From: the human T2T-CHM13v2.0 reference genome, Homo sapiens
Reading direction: 5' to 3' (one strand)
DNA: 64,000 nt
Assembly (NCBI RefSeq): GCF_009914755.1
Contig: NC_060931.1
This document shows, one piece after another, positions 21,836 through 37,075 of the stretch (its first letter is position 1; every line of letters begins with the position of its first letter). The position numbers and the translations under genes were made by a program. The notes under the pieces are model-generated. The model ran no database searches. It had not been told where the DNA came from and saw only the letters and a program-made list of their open reading frames with translations.

Positions 21836-22174
21836 TGTTTTAGTCCTTCAGGCTGCTGTAATGAAATAACACAGTCTGTGTGGCTTATAAACAGAATTTC
21901 TTTCTCACAGTTCTGGAGGTGGGGAAGTCCAAGATCAAGGTGCCAGCAGATTCAGTGTCTGGTGAAGGCCCATTCCTCATAGGTGGCCATCTTTTCACTC
22001 TAACCTCACACAGCGGGAGGGGCAAGGCAGCTCTTGGGGGTTTCTTTATGAGGACACTCATCTCATTCATCTATTCACCTCCAAAGGCCTCACCTCCAAA
22101 TACTGTCACATTTGGGGATTAGGTTTCAACATATGAATTTGGGGTGGAGGAATACAAACATTCAAGCTATATCA
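21836..22174 (-). mobile_element. MLT1A-like MaLR solo LTR
   Basis: TG...CA ends; ctcacagttctggagg...gaagtccaagatcaaggtgccagcag. Confidence 0.85.
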
Positions 22175-22379
22175 CGTGTTTGGCATCCTCATTCCAGTCT
22201 CTCAATTGCTAAACCTCTCATTCACATCCTTCATCTCCTTTCCTCTTTGTGTTATATTCTGCGCAATTTTTTTGTCTACCCTTAATTCCCAAATTCTCTC
22301 AATTCTGTCTCATCTGTGTAATTTTGCCTTTGGGTTTTTTAACAACTGTATTTTGAACAGTGTTTGATTTTTTTTCCTC

Positions 22380-23650
22380 TTTAATTTGTTTGAAGCATTA
22401 CAAACCCGTAGAAAGTTTAAGAGTAAAATTAAACTTTTTTTGTGAATCATGTGTGACCAAGTTGCTGAGCAGATGCCCCATCAGCCACAAGCACTGTATG
22501 TAGTATGTATTTACCACAAAGGCTTTCTTCCTACATGCAGCGTATTAATCACTGAAATCGGGAAATTAACTTGGTGTGTTACTGCCATCTAACCTTCAGA
22601 CCCTATCAATTTTTGCAAATTGTCCCAATAAGAGTGAAAAGATCATTTATTGCATTTAGTTGTGATGTCTTTTTCTTCTTCAGTCTGAAATGTTTTCTTA
22701 GTGTTTCCTTGACTTTCATAATTAGATCTTTGAAGATTACATGCCAATTATTTTCTGGAATGTCTCTCAATTTGAGTTTGTCCTTTTTTCTTCAGAATTA
22801 GATTTGGTTAGGTATCTTTGACAGGATGATCACAGAAGTGATGCTGTACTCTTCTTATTGTATTATATCAGGTGGCAACTTTTATTTATCCCATTATTGA
22901 AAATGTTTACTTTGATCAGTTAGGGTGGTTTTAGAGGCTTTTCCACTGAAAATTATTCTTTTCTACTATGTAATTAATATATATTTTCTAGGAAGGAACA
23001 CCTTAACTATTTTGATATACTGTTTCCATATAAAGTTCAATTTATTATTTATCAATATTTGTATAGACACAAGCTTTCCTGTTTTTAGTCTATTGCTCTC
23101 ATTATTTAATTTGATGCTCATCTCATCTCTGCTTTGGCCCATTAAATCTCACTTCTGTGTCATTTTGACATATCTTTATCACTATTCAAGCACTTCCTTG
23201 ATTTTTGGAGGGAACAAGATGTTCCAGGCTGATCTTGCGAATTCCATGCCCCAGTTCTGAAATCAGTTGTTTTTCCAAGTAATACTGGTTCCTTTTGAAA
23301 AGTGGTATTTAGAAACCAAGGTCTAGGTGCTGGGTGTGCTCAAGATGGGCTGCTGTCTCCAGGGCACTCTTGGTGGACAGTTAGGAAACACACACACATA
23401 CACACACACACAGTTATACAAAAACAGGCATACACATATTTGCATATACATTTATTCCTACAATGAAATACAATTATCAAAAACCATTAGTGCAATCACT
23501 CTGATTCTTTATTCTAGTAACACACCATAGGGTTAATTTTAGCTTTTTCTTCATATAAGTAACTCCCTATTTGCACAGTGTGAAACTTAGCTCCATCACC
23601 CTTCATATATTTATATATCTGATCAATTTCCCTGTTCATAACCAACATGC
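22380..23650 (-). mobile_element. Old L1MC/ME 3' region
   Basis: Similar to the 13450-14900 L1MC-type block (tagaaaccaagg..ctagg). Confidence 0.6.
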
Positions 23651-24524
23651 CATCTCTGTTGTCACCTTCTTCTGTGTAGGTCCCCTTATAACTGGAGTTC
23701 TGATTCCCTGTGCTCTGCCTCCCACCTGTGTGAAAACTCTCACGATGCTTGTGTTCTGCCGTTCTAGTCTACTTATCTTTGGCAACTCCCACCTCATCCC
23801 AGTAGGGCCCTGAATTCCACCTTGGGCCCATCCCTCAGGATCATGTCCTAGTAACCCGGTCATGTGTGACTCCCCATGTTGAACTGCCCCCATGGGTGGA
23901 TGCCCTCCTCACTTTGCCAATCCACAGGACATACTTTGAAACCTGTGGTGCTCTCACATGCCTTGCTGGGCAGCCCTCTCACAGGGTATGGGCTGGAACA
24001 CATGCTTGGGCTCCGATCCTCTAGCCTGGCCAGCACATCCCTCCCCACCTCTCCCAGCCCTGCTATACCACTAGTGCTGCCTAATGGCTTTAGGACATTG
24101 TTCAGATACAACAAAAAGGAAGCACTCTCTGGCTACTCTAGACAGTCTCTTCTTGATTTTTTTCATCCTTTATTTCCTTAAACCTTTCAAATATTGTCCT
24201 TTATGGTAATTTTAATAACTAAAGTCCCTAGGAGGTCAATCTAGTTTGTATTTTTCACTTACAGTGGTTTCTTCCCTCGTGCATTTTGTGATCTTTGATT
24301 TTAAGTCCATAGTTGGTTGACCTTAAACTGTGAAGAATATAAGGGGATAATTTGAGAAAGCCCTTCCAGGATCTCTGGCCTAATTTGGGAGCCTGGGGTT
24401 TAGATTCCCTCCTCAAAAGCTGTCCAAGAATTTGCTTCCTATTAGCAGTGCAAATGGGGATGACTTCCCCAGTGAAACCCTGAACTTCCTGTACACTACT
24501 AACTGCTCAGGCTTTGGATCTGTT

Positions 24525-26516
<1,992 letters not shown>

Positions 26517-27039
26517 AGCATTTTATTATACGTACCGTTTTATCATCTCTTCACCCATCCACCAATGCATCTCCTGTATGGACGTCTTGATTGTTAACTC
26601 ACGGCACTGGACCTCCAGTTTCATGCCTCTCCACATTGCAGGGTCCTCTACGTTGTTGTATCAGTCACCTTTCTAAAATACAAATCTTACCATGTAAATT
26701 GTTTCTAAAATCTTTCAATAGACCCCATAGACTCAGAAAAACGTCCCAAAGTCCGGAATCCTGGCCCCTGCCTACCTTTCCAGTTTCATTGCTGGGTCAG
26801 AACGCCTCACCTAAGCCCCACATTGACCGATATGGAATCAATGTTTACAGCCGGTGTGTACTTAATCAACCCCCTTCCCCGACTGCGACCACTCAGATGC
26901 GCCTTCCCGGGCCCCACACCCCAAAACCCCTGAGCCCTTTCGTCCACAGCTGTCTGACCACCCAGCACCCTTTCCTTTATGTCAAGTATGAGGATTTCGT
27001 TTCTTAACCTTTCTCACTGCTCAAAATGCAAACTCAGAC

Positions 27040-28340
27040 ATGAGTGCCGGGCGCTATCCGTCCTGCTCACGTCTTGTTCTCAGGGCCGCAAGGCGCAGGG
27101 GCAGTAAGGGCCGAGAGCCCATCAGGGTCCGGCGCTGCCCGCTGCCCAGCCGGGCGCGGAGAAGGGGACGGGGGTCCGGGGTCGCGGGTCCGGAGGGTCT
27201 CGGGTTGTAGGAAGTGAGGGCTCGCGGGCGCCGCACGAGTGCGCGTGCACGTTAGCCCGGCGCGCGCGGCACTCATCTCACCTCGCGGAAGCACCTGCCG
27301 GAGCTGTGTGCACCCTTTCCTGCCCTCAACACAAGCCGTCGGCGTTCACTACTGTAGCTCATTCAGACCCTACTCTCCAACCTACTGTCCAGGCACAGAA
27401 ACGACAGTTAAGGTTCCCCCGGACCGTACGCTGGACCTTGCCTCCCCGGCTCCTAACGGGAGACGGGCTGCCGTAAAGCTTCGCTTTGCCGACTGCTGCA
27501 AAGCGCCTTACGACTGAACCCGGAATCGACCTATGGCCAGCAGTCGTCCCCGCCCTGCTTCAAACATTTGGGTTTCAGGAGCCGGGCGGAGGTGACTGCC
27601 GCGTGTTTGCGTTGCACGCCCACCGCCCGAAACACGGCGGCGGCCTCAGGGCTGCTGCGGCCTCGGCGGGGGCAGGCCCCGGCGCCCGCCCGCCTCCCGG
27701 CCTCCATCATCCCAGGGTGCACCGCGGCGGGCGCGGGCGCGCGGCCATGTTGCGGTAGTTTGTTGTTTTCTTCCTGCGGAGGCGAAGGGCCAGCTGTGGA
27801 CCGCGAAGCGCCCGGCTTCGCCTCTGCCTCCTGCAGCCCCCTCCCTTCCCTGTCCTCCGTCACCCGTACCCGGGCCCGGACCAGGCACGTCGGCCCACCA
27901 GCTGGCTTGGTGGGGGAGGCTGAAGGCCGGGCCCCGCGAGTGCCATGGCGGCCGCCCTGGGAGCGAGCGGAGGAGCAGGCGCCGGAGGTACGTGAGGCAG
28001 CCGGACTCTGGGGGCCAGGACCGCGCCGCGGTGGGCGGGGGTGTAGGCCGGGGGGCCTCCCCGCTTAGGAGAGGACGAGGCTCTCCCCGGCTCCGACTCT
28101 CTTTGTGTTCGGCCTATTCCGTTTTCTCCCTCGCCTTCCCTCGCTATTGTCATTCTCCCTTTCTCGCTCCTCCTCTCCGCTGTGCAGATCGTACTTACCT
28201 GTGAACTTCTGTGTGTCCTCTACTTTGCAAGGCTGCCTAAGTGTCAGGCCCATCTCTGGCGTTGGCGGGCATTAAGTGCCGAAGCCGGCCTGGTGTCCTA
28301 TGGGTAGGAGAGCGTCCCCCCCACCCCCCGAGACAGTGTC
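27040..28340. promoter_or_regulatory. CpG island / TATA-less, probably bidirectional promoter of RBM33
   Basis: Abrupt GC and CpG enrichment; ETS-like GGAAGTG (~27210), NRF1-like TGCGCGTGCA (27240-27249), YY1-like GCGGCCATGTTG (27741-27752), GC boxes. Confidence 0.9.
27945..27987 (+). CDS. RBM33: RBM33 coding exon 1 (MAAALGASGGAGAG+G)
   Basis: GCCATGG strong Kozak inside a CpG island; donor GAG|GTACGT at 27988; 43 nt, joins in frame to exon 2; N-terminus recognised as RBM33. Confidence 0.95.
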
Positions 28341-29469
28341 ACTTAGGGAGAGCGGGGCAGGTCGCTGTAGGGTGGGTGTTTAAGATTGTGGGGCCATCCT
28401 GACAGATTTAGATTGATTTGAAGCCCATTACAAAAACATAACGAAAAGATTCACCTGTGTGAAGGAATGTGCGACAGTAGGCCAGTTTGGAAAGTGAGAT
28501 TTCTTGAGAAAGTCTCAATAAATCCCTGTTTTAAATTAACTTATTTGTTGTCTAATAACCTGTTAGTGTTTTATGTGCGTCTTCCAAAAGTGAAAACGTG
28601 ACACAAAAGGTTTAGATACTGAGTCAGTTCCTTTGGATAGTTTTTCTTGTTTGCAAGCATAAACAGTATTGATGAAACACCTATCTCTAAAAAATTGTAG
28701 GTAAATTACTTTCAGGTAAAATTACATATCACTGGGGGTTTTAAAAACGTGGAGAGATACTTGAAAGTGACTTTTTAAGTGATTATTTTGAAAACTTTGA
28801 AAAGATGGTAAAATATGGATAACAAAAGCATTTGGGATTAGTTCTTACCATTGAAACGTTGAAAAGCCAGTCTAGTGTATACTCGAGAAGTATTTTTTAG
28901 TAAATGCTAGCAGATGGTTACGTTGTTATCATCCTGTTTAGGAATTTTGGCCCAACTGTCAAAACGTTTGCCTGACAAAATGGAAAAACAAAAAAGACTA
29001 AGTGTAGGAATGTCGCTTCTGGCAATTTGGTTTGCTATATGCCACTTTTCTTTCAGTTTAAATACATGATGTTTGCGTGTTACATCTGAGACTAATTAAA
29101 ATTTTAAAATGTATAGTTCACCTATCTTTCTGGGGGTCAGAATTACTTGTTTTATAGCATTCCCAGTGTAACCTGGGAACTCTTGGGTGAACACTCTTTT
29201 CATTAGAAAGACTAAGGTGTTATTTGTATTTTTTCTCTTTTCTTTCAGTAGTGTACAGTGGAGTTTTCTAGAGGCTGAATAACATGTGAAGACGTTATGC
29301 TGATGGCTAATGGAATATATGCTTGTGTATTCTTTTACGTTTCTCATTTTAAATTTCTAAAATAGTAATATCACTGAATGTAATCCAGATAAACAGGCAT
29401 TTTTGGGTCTTCAATAATTTTGAGGTCAGAAGTTTTGAGAATTGCTATTTTAGAAGAATAAGTAGGCTT

Positions 29470-29980
29470 TATTCATGATGCTTTGGAGTTTTTCCTTCCA
29501 TTTTGTCACAAGTGCCAAAGTTTCCTTTGCTCTTCATACCAAACTCCTTGCCAAGATTTGTGAGTTCTGTATGACTTGGTCCCTGCCTACCCCACCAGCA
29601 TGTTGTGTGATTGCTTCCTTTATCCTGGAAGTTCATCGCATGGACTGCTCCTGTACCCGCTCTTGCCAGGGCTGACTCCTGATCCAGTGGATCTCACGCT
29701 TTTAAGGGAGGCTTTCCTTGAGAATTCATTGTATCTGAGGAATGTATGTCCGTTGCTCTTGTGCCTCTCTTGTCTTCATTCTCTAGCACCTTTGTTTGTT
29801 TTCTTCAGAACGTTTATCTTAATTTGTAATTTTCTTCAGTTTTTACTTGTTTTTTAAATCTGCCTCCCACAGTAGCCTGTAAACCTCATGAGGACAAAAA
29901 TGCTACCTGTTTTACCATGCGTTCCACGTGTTCCTGGCACATAGCATGTGTTCAACAAACATTTGGTGAATGAATTAAAG
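29470..29980 (+). mobile_element. L2 3' end
   Basis: ctgtaaacctcatgaggac...cctggcacatag...catttggtgaatgaat terminus. Confidence 0.75.
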
Positions 29981-30166
29981 GATGAAATGTTTTCTTTACG
30001 AATAGGAAATAATATAATTGTATGCTAAGTTATGTTAGTCATTTCCACGTGATTTACCTGTGTAACTGATTAAATCATGTTAGCTTGGAGAAATATTTAC
30101 ATTGGTAATACCTTATTGAGCTATCGATAGCTTATTTGGCAGCTCAGTTTAGCATATTGTCTAGCA

Positions 30167-30387
30167 CAGTGACTTTCAAACTTCTTAAAATGGCAGCCAC
30201 AGAAATGTGATTGACATTGTGATTTAGTACATACATAAAAGTTAAAAAAAATTTCATGAACAATACTGGTCCATACTATGCCATGCACTCTAATGTTTTC
30301 TATTTCATTACAGTAAAATGCTGGTTGTGACCTGGATTAATTTCACAACCTACAAAATGTTCGAGATTGTCAGTTTGAAAATCACTG
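30167..30387. mobile_element. hAT-Charlie-type MITE
   Basis: Terminal inverted repeats cagtgactttcaaact / agtttgaaaatcactg. Confidence 0.65.
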
Positions 30388-30498
30388 GTCTCTTGTATAG
30401 TAAGTGGTTAGTATTTATTGAATAAAATAGGTCTTGGCTATCCACAATCTGGATAGCCAAAATGGGTACCACAAAGTGTCTATAGGAGTGTTTGCTTA

Positions 30499-30787
30499 TT
30501 TTTTACTTTTTTTTTTGAGACAGGGTCTTGCTGTGTTGCCCAGACTGGAGTGCAGTCGTATAATCATGGCTAATTGCAGCCTTGGACTCCTGGGCTCAGT
30601 TGATTCTCCCACTTCAGCCTCCTGAGTATCTGGGACTGCAGGTGTGCACCAGCACGCCTGGCTAATTTTTGTATTTTTTGTGGAGACAGGGTTTTGCCAA
30701 GGTGCCCAGGCAGGAACTCGGGCTCAAGTGATCTGCCCGCCTCAGCCTCTCAGAGTGCAAGGATTACATGAGCCACCATGCCTTGGC
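30499..30787 (-). mobile_element. AluJ
   Basis: Alu consensus. Confidence 0.9.
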
Positions 30788-31789
30788 ATGATACATTTCA
30801 AAGGAGTCATTTGGTATTGCAGCCAAGTAGTAAGGATAGAGAAATGGAATTGCTATCCTTACTAATAGCAGAGAGAATGACAACTGTTATTTATTGGAGA
30901 CTGAAAACAAAAACATAAAGGCAAAAACATGGCATTTTGGGGAAGGAACAAATAGTTTAATGAGTTTCAAGATCTTCTAGTTCCAGTGCTTCCTTGTAAA
31001 ATATAAAATAAAAAATCAGTACACAAATCGTAAAAAGCCTCCAACCTAGTGAGTGCGTTATCTCACTTAAGATTTACAACAGCATTCTTGGGCCTGAGCT
31101 AATCTGATTTTATAGGTGAGGTGAAAAAATGGGTGCTTGTAAATTTTTTGTTTTCTAGTCAATTCTTAGAAATAAAAAGTTTTAATGGGAAATTTCAAAC
31201 ACATCCAGTAGTAGAATAATGAACCCACATACCCATCACCTAGCATCAACATTCTGGCAATCTGTTTTCATCCCCCCACCTCCACTTTTGTATATTTCAA
31301 ACAAATCCTAGGCTGGTAAAATTTTAGAGCAAGATACACTGCTGGGATGAGTTAAGACTTTAGATACTAAACCAGTTGCTTTAATTTACATTTGATAGTA
31401 AACTAGCCGAGAAAAGTTCAGCCACCTAGCTGTTAAGAAAGGGAAGTAGACTCGAATTCAGGTTTTTTGACTTCTAGTTCAGTGTTCCTTCCACTGTGTC
31501 AGTATGTAGTAAGGCAGGAAAGTATGAAGCATGGTGCAGAAGGTTTTCATTCGAAATTGTGAAAGTGAAACAAGTTTTAGTACTTCAACAGGTAAAATTT
31601 ACCTGGTAGGAAATTTTTGGAGCATTTTAATCACTAATAGTGCTGATAAATGAGATGTTTTCATACTGATAATTATGTGTGTATTTAATTCTTTTTTTTT
31701 TCCTTCAAGAAAATCTTTCATGCTTAATTTCTTAGCTTCAATCAAGAGAGTTTGAGGAGTCGGGAAAGAATAGCCTTTCTCATTTCAGC

Positions 31790-33410
31790 CATGAGTACTT
31801 TTAGCATTTCTTGTAGGGCAGGTGTACTAATGACAAAGTCCCTTAGGTCATACCTGGGGATATAATTTTTGAATGGCAGTTTGAAATATTTCATCCTATC
31901 ACCTTCTGGCTTCCATCGTTTCTGATGAGAAATTGACTGTTAATCTTATGGAGGATCCTTTGTACATGACATGTCACTTCTCTCTTGGTGTATTCAAGAT
32001 TCTCTTTGTCTTTGGCTTTTGATAGTGTGATCATAATGTGTTTCTGTGTGGGTCTCCAGATTTATCCTGCTTGGAGTGGTGAGCTTCTTGAATATGTAGG
32101 TTCATGTCTTTCACCAAATTTGGAAGCTTTTTATTTTTTTCTCCAGTTCTTTTTCCTGCTACTTTGTTTTCTCCTTCTGGGACTCCCATAATGCATAGAT
32201 TGGTACTTTTAATGATGTCCCCGTTTTTTAAGGCTCTGCTTATTTTTCCTCTGCTCCTTAGACTGGATAATTTCAATATTTTCCTGTTTCCTCACCTATA
32301 GCACCCTTGTTTTCTTCAGAACGTTTATCTCAATTTGTAATTTTCTTTAGTTATTTACTTGTTTTTTAAATCTGCCTCCCACATAAGCCTGTAAGCCTCA
32401 TGAGGAGAAAAAATGCTGTTTTACCATGCATTCCACATCTTCCTGGCACATAGCATGTGTTAGATATTTGGTGAATGAATTAAAGAATGACATATTTTCT
32501 GTATGAATCTGAAAAAATATAATTGTATCCTAATTTATGTTAGTCAATTCCACATGATTCACCTGTGTAACTGATTAAATCATGTTAGCTTGATTTTTTC
32601 GGTCCCTCAGTTTTGGGACTGAAAATTGGACATTTTAAATATGGTGATGTGGAAATTTTGGAAGTCAGAATGTCCCCCCCCTTTTCTGGGTTTGCTATAT
32701 TTCTTGTTGTGGCCTTCAGTTGTCTGGTTTTTTAATGACTTGCCAAATGAAGAGACTCTATTCCTTGTCTCCTGTGGTCACTGATGTCTCCATTGTGTTG
32801 TATCATTGCCCAGCCAGTGATCTGATGGAGATGTCCTCAAATGGCTGGAGCTGCAAATAAAACAAAACCAAAACCAAAAAACAAACAAAAACTCCTGTGC
32901 TTACGTTACTTCATTGCTCATCCAGGCCACCTATAACCCCAACCTTAGCCTCACCTTCTGCATATGCGTAGCTCAAAGATCAGCCAGAGGTATAAATCTA
33001 GGGTTCTTTCAAGTTGTTTTCTGAGCATGTGCCCAGCCTTCAGCATATGCATGGTCTTCCAGATTTCCCATTATACATGGGAGCCCCCAACACTCTCATT
33101 CCTTCATATATTTTCCTCCTCAGCCTCTTCTTTCCCAGGCTTTTCAGTTTGTATGTTGCTAACCCTGGCCATCATCCCTTGCCCCAGGTGACCCTGGTTA
33201 GTGGATGTCTTTAAATGCTTTTAACAAGCACTGCCTGGGATGCCGCTCTAGCTCTGAGAGAGTTCTGAAGGGGTGGTCTCTGAGCTGATTCCTCAGCTCA
33301 GGTCACAATGCACAATCACAATTTTTTGAGGACAGGTTCTTATTGACCCCTTTAGCATCACTGCACCAGGAGCACTGACTGCCATCCCCAGTGCTGCCTC
33401 TGAGCTGTGA
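31790..33410 (-). mobile_element. Old L1M ORF1/5' region interrupted by a copied segment (32299-32592)
   Basis: Minus-strand ORF IMGVPEGE...LPNLVKDMNLHIQEAH is L1 ORF1p-like. Confidence 0.75.
32299..32592 (+). repeat. Diverged direct copy of 29784-30087
   Basis: Colinear match ending in identical cctgtgtaactgattaaatcatgttagcttg. Confidence 0.93.
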
Positions 33411-33912
33411 AACGCTTTCTCTGCATCTGTTGTGATTATGTGTTCTTCCCCTGTTCTTTAATCTCTTAATGTAATCTATTGATAGATTTCCAGTGCTGAA
33501 CTAAGCATGCATTCTGGGGTTCAAAATCTTGATCTCCACATTTTGTTCTTTTTAATATATTGTTGGATTTCATTTTAGGATTTATCTCTGATCATAAGGG
33601 AGACTGACTTACTGTTTTCTTCCTTGGTATTTGTGTGTACATTTGTGCTATCCTTTTATTTATGATATGTTGGTTTTTAGAATGAGTTGTGAAATTTTCT
33701 GGGATGGTGTAAAAATCTGTTATTGACTGTGGAAGAACTCTTTTCTCCAGAGCCATTTGGGTCTGGTTCCCTTTAAAAAAGTTATCTTTTCAATTTCCTG
33801 TATTATTATTGATTTATTTAGTTTTATAAGATGAAAAGTCAATTACGATCATTTAAATTTTCCTAGAAAAATTATTCTTTATGTTCAGATTTCCACATTG
33901 ATATAGAGTTAA

Positions 33913-34254
<342 letters not shown>

Positions 34255-34569
34255 TGAGTGTGTGTGTTGAAGGTAAATTTTTTGAGATTGAGACTCCTGA
34301 GTCTGAAGGAAATTTTAATTTTCACAACTTGATTGGTGGTTTTGTTGGGTCCAGAATTTTAGATTTGAGTTTATTTTTGTAAGATTTTTGGCGGTATTGT
34401 TGTGTTTTCTGGCATCCAGATCTGCTCTTGAGAAGTTTGAGGACATTCTGATTCCTAATCATTTTTTATGTGACCTTTTTTCATTCTAGAAGTTTTTAAC
34501 AACATTTTCTCCTCTTTGTTTGACATTTCATCCCTTAAACTCAGCCATTTAGAAGGCTTCATGGCTAGG

Positions 34570-34670
34570 CCAGGAGGTGGAGGTTGTAGTGAGCCGAGAT
34601 CGCACCACTGCACTCCAGCCTGGGCAACAGGGAAACTCTTTGTCTCACCAAAAAAAAAAAAAAAAAAAAA
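34570..34670 (+). mobile_element. 5'-truncated Alu with long poly-A
   Basis: Right-arm 3' end only. Confidence 0.85.
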
Positions 34671-35274
34671 GGGTCTAGGTTCCTGGGAAAAGAAATGAGT
34701 GTCAGTTCCTATAGATTTTAAGTCATGATGGGAACATCCAGTAGGCTGAGCTCAGCTCACTTGCCTCTTCTCGGCTACCCAAGTTTATAGAGCAAGCCTT
34801 TATAACTTCCATAATAGGAGGGGCCCTATCTCATATCAAGCAGGAATTCTATTATGATTGATTTTTAAACCCTGAATGATGAAAGTTTGTTGAAAGACAA
34901 ACAAATGACCAATGAGGACTACACTTCATAAACAAAATAAAAACTTCATTTTAGGGAGAACCTCTCCTGGGGCCCGTGTAACATAGGAGATTTTTAAAAC
35001 AGTGACTACAAATTATTTCTAAAGCAACATGGTGTAGGAACTCTTTCTGAAAATTTGGCTTGGCTATTCAGAACTTACTAGTTATGCTGTAAGGCTCATA
35101 TGTTCACTTCGAAAGTTATTGGACATTACCTGATTTGTAGTTAATATTTAAATAAAGGATCTGGATTTCCTCATCTATAAAATAAGGAATTTTGACTATT
35201 AGTGATTTGGACTAGGAACATATTATACATGAGTGTGATATTGAGGAAAAAGAAGGTTGAGAACCTTTGGAATA

Positions 35275-35524
35275 CAAAGGTCAGCAAACTTTTTCTGTAA
35301 AGGGTCAGATAGTAAATATTTTAGGCTTTGCAGGGCAGATGAGTTTTGTTGGAAGTGCTGAACTCCGCCGTTTACCTTGAAAGCAGCCATAGACAATATA
35401 TGCCTGAACTGGAATAGCTGTGTTCCGTTAAAAGCTTATTTACATACACGGGTGGTAGCTAAATTTGGGCAGAAACAGGTGGCAGGCCCTACTTGGCCCA
35501 TGGGCTTTGGTTTGCTGACCCTTA
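35275..35524 (+). mobile_element. MER58A-like hAT MITE
   Basis: ggtcagcaaactttttctgtaaagggtcagatagtaaatattttaggctttg ... tttgctgacc inverted ends. Confidence 0.85.
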
Positions 35525-36435
35525 GATTAGATAATTGCTAGAACCCTATCACAAGCTAATAGTCTATGTGGTATCTTATCCAAGTCGAGGATTCTGGAAA
35601 AGAAGAAGAAATAGAATGGTAAGTAAAAGTTTGTGTTAACTGTAGATGTCTGATTGCTGCATGATAGAGAATTGTAGAACTCTAGTAGATATCTTCAGTC
35701 TTGAAGGAAAATTGATCCCCCTATTAAAATAGAATGTCTTGTACAATGTTTAGGCCTTAGAAGGAGATTTTCCAGGTAAGGAGGTCATTGACCTCTTTCG
35801 TTTTGCTCAGTTAATATTTTACCCCTTGGCTTTCATGGATGTGCTGTTCTTCCTTTAAAGTTCTGGACTAATGGGGACACATTTTTTCTTCTTGGTTCTG
35901 TTTAATATGACTGCTATGAACTGGAACTTTAAAAAGTATTTGTATTCTAAAGGAAAACAGAGGGAAATGACTCAGAATATATTAAGAATATAAACAGGCT
36001 GTACAGGGTTCTTGTGTTAGCTTGCCCTGTAAGATTTTGAGTCATTATTTCACTTAGCATGATGTCTTCAAGATTCATCAGTGTCGTAGCATGTGTCAGA
36101 ACTTCCTTTTTAAGGCTAAATAATATTCCATTATATATCTATACTATTTTTTTTTAAACCATATATCCTTCAGTAGACACTTGAGTTGCTTCCACCTTTT
36201 GGTTATTGTAAATAATACTAATAGGAGCTTGAGTATATTAATGTGTCTTCAAGTGCCTGCTTTCAGTTCTTTTGAGTGTATACCCAGAAATGGAATTGCC
36301 ACGCCAGTCCTTGGATTTAGGGGCCAGTCTTAATCCAGAATGACTTCATTTTAACTAATTACATCTGCATAGATTCTATTTCTAAATAAGGCCACATTCT
36401 GAGGTTCTGGTGGACATGCCCTTTTGGGGGATGCT

Positions 36436-37075
36436 GTGGTATGATAAAAAATGAATATTTTTTTCTGCCCAGGTTCCCTCGGCAGAACTTTGGAAACCCT
36501 TTGAATTTACTATCTTTTCTACACTAATGAGATGGCTTATAGCGGGGGTGGGGGCCCTAGATAGCTTTGGGGTGGGGGCTTGTCAGAAAAACTAACCCCA
36601 TGTTAAGAGGGTTAGAACGTTCAGGCTCAACCCCCAGCCTCCCTCGAGGGGAGAGGGGCTGGAGATTGGTGGTAATCACCATTAGTCAGTGATTTAATCA
36701 TCAGGTTTAGGGAGCTTCTGAGTTGGTGAGCACCTCCTCGTGCTGGGAGGGTGGTGCACCCTGACCCTTCAGACTGGCCCTGTGTACCTCTTCATCTGGC
36801 TCTTCATTTGTATCCTTTATAATAAACTGTAACAGTAAGTACGGTGTTTTCCTGAGTCCTGTGAATTGTTATAGTAATAGCAATGGGGGGAGGTGTGATA
36901 ACCCCAGAATTTGTAGACTTCAGCCAGGGAGAAGTGTGAGTAGCCTGGGCACCTCATTGCAGTTGGCATCTGAAGTGGGGCAGCCTTGTGAAACTGAGCC
37001 CTTAACCTGTGGGGCCTGCCCGAACTCCAGATGATTAGTATTAGGATTGAATGGAGTTGTTGGTATTGCAGTATG
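36436..37075 (+). mobile_element. MER21-like (ERVL) solo LTR, preceded by L1 (36040-36300) and MLT1 (36305-36435) fragments
   Basis: Internal aataaa, ttcctgagtcctgtga, ctgagcccttaacctgtgggg motifs. Confidence 0.75.

Noticed and set aside
27054-28253. Cluster of ORFs over the CpG island
   Set aside because: GC-rich DNA lacks stops and most begin at non-ATG codons; only the spliced RBM33 frame is supported (the +1 frame is kept as a low-certainty finding)
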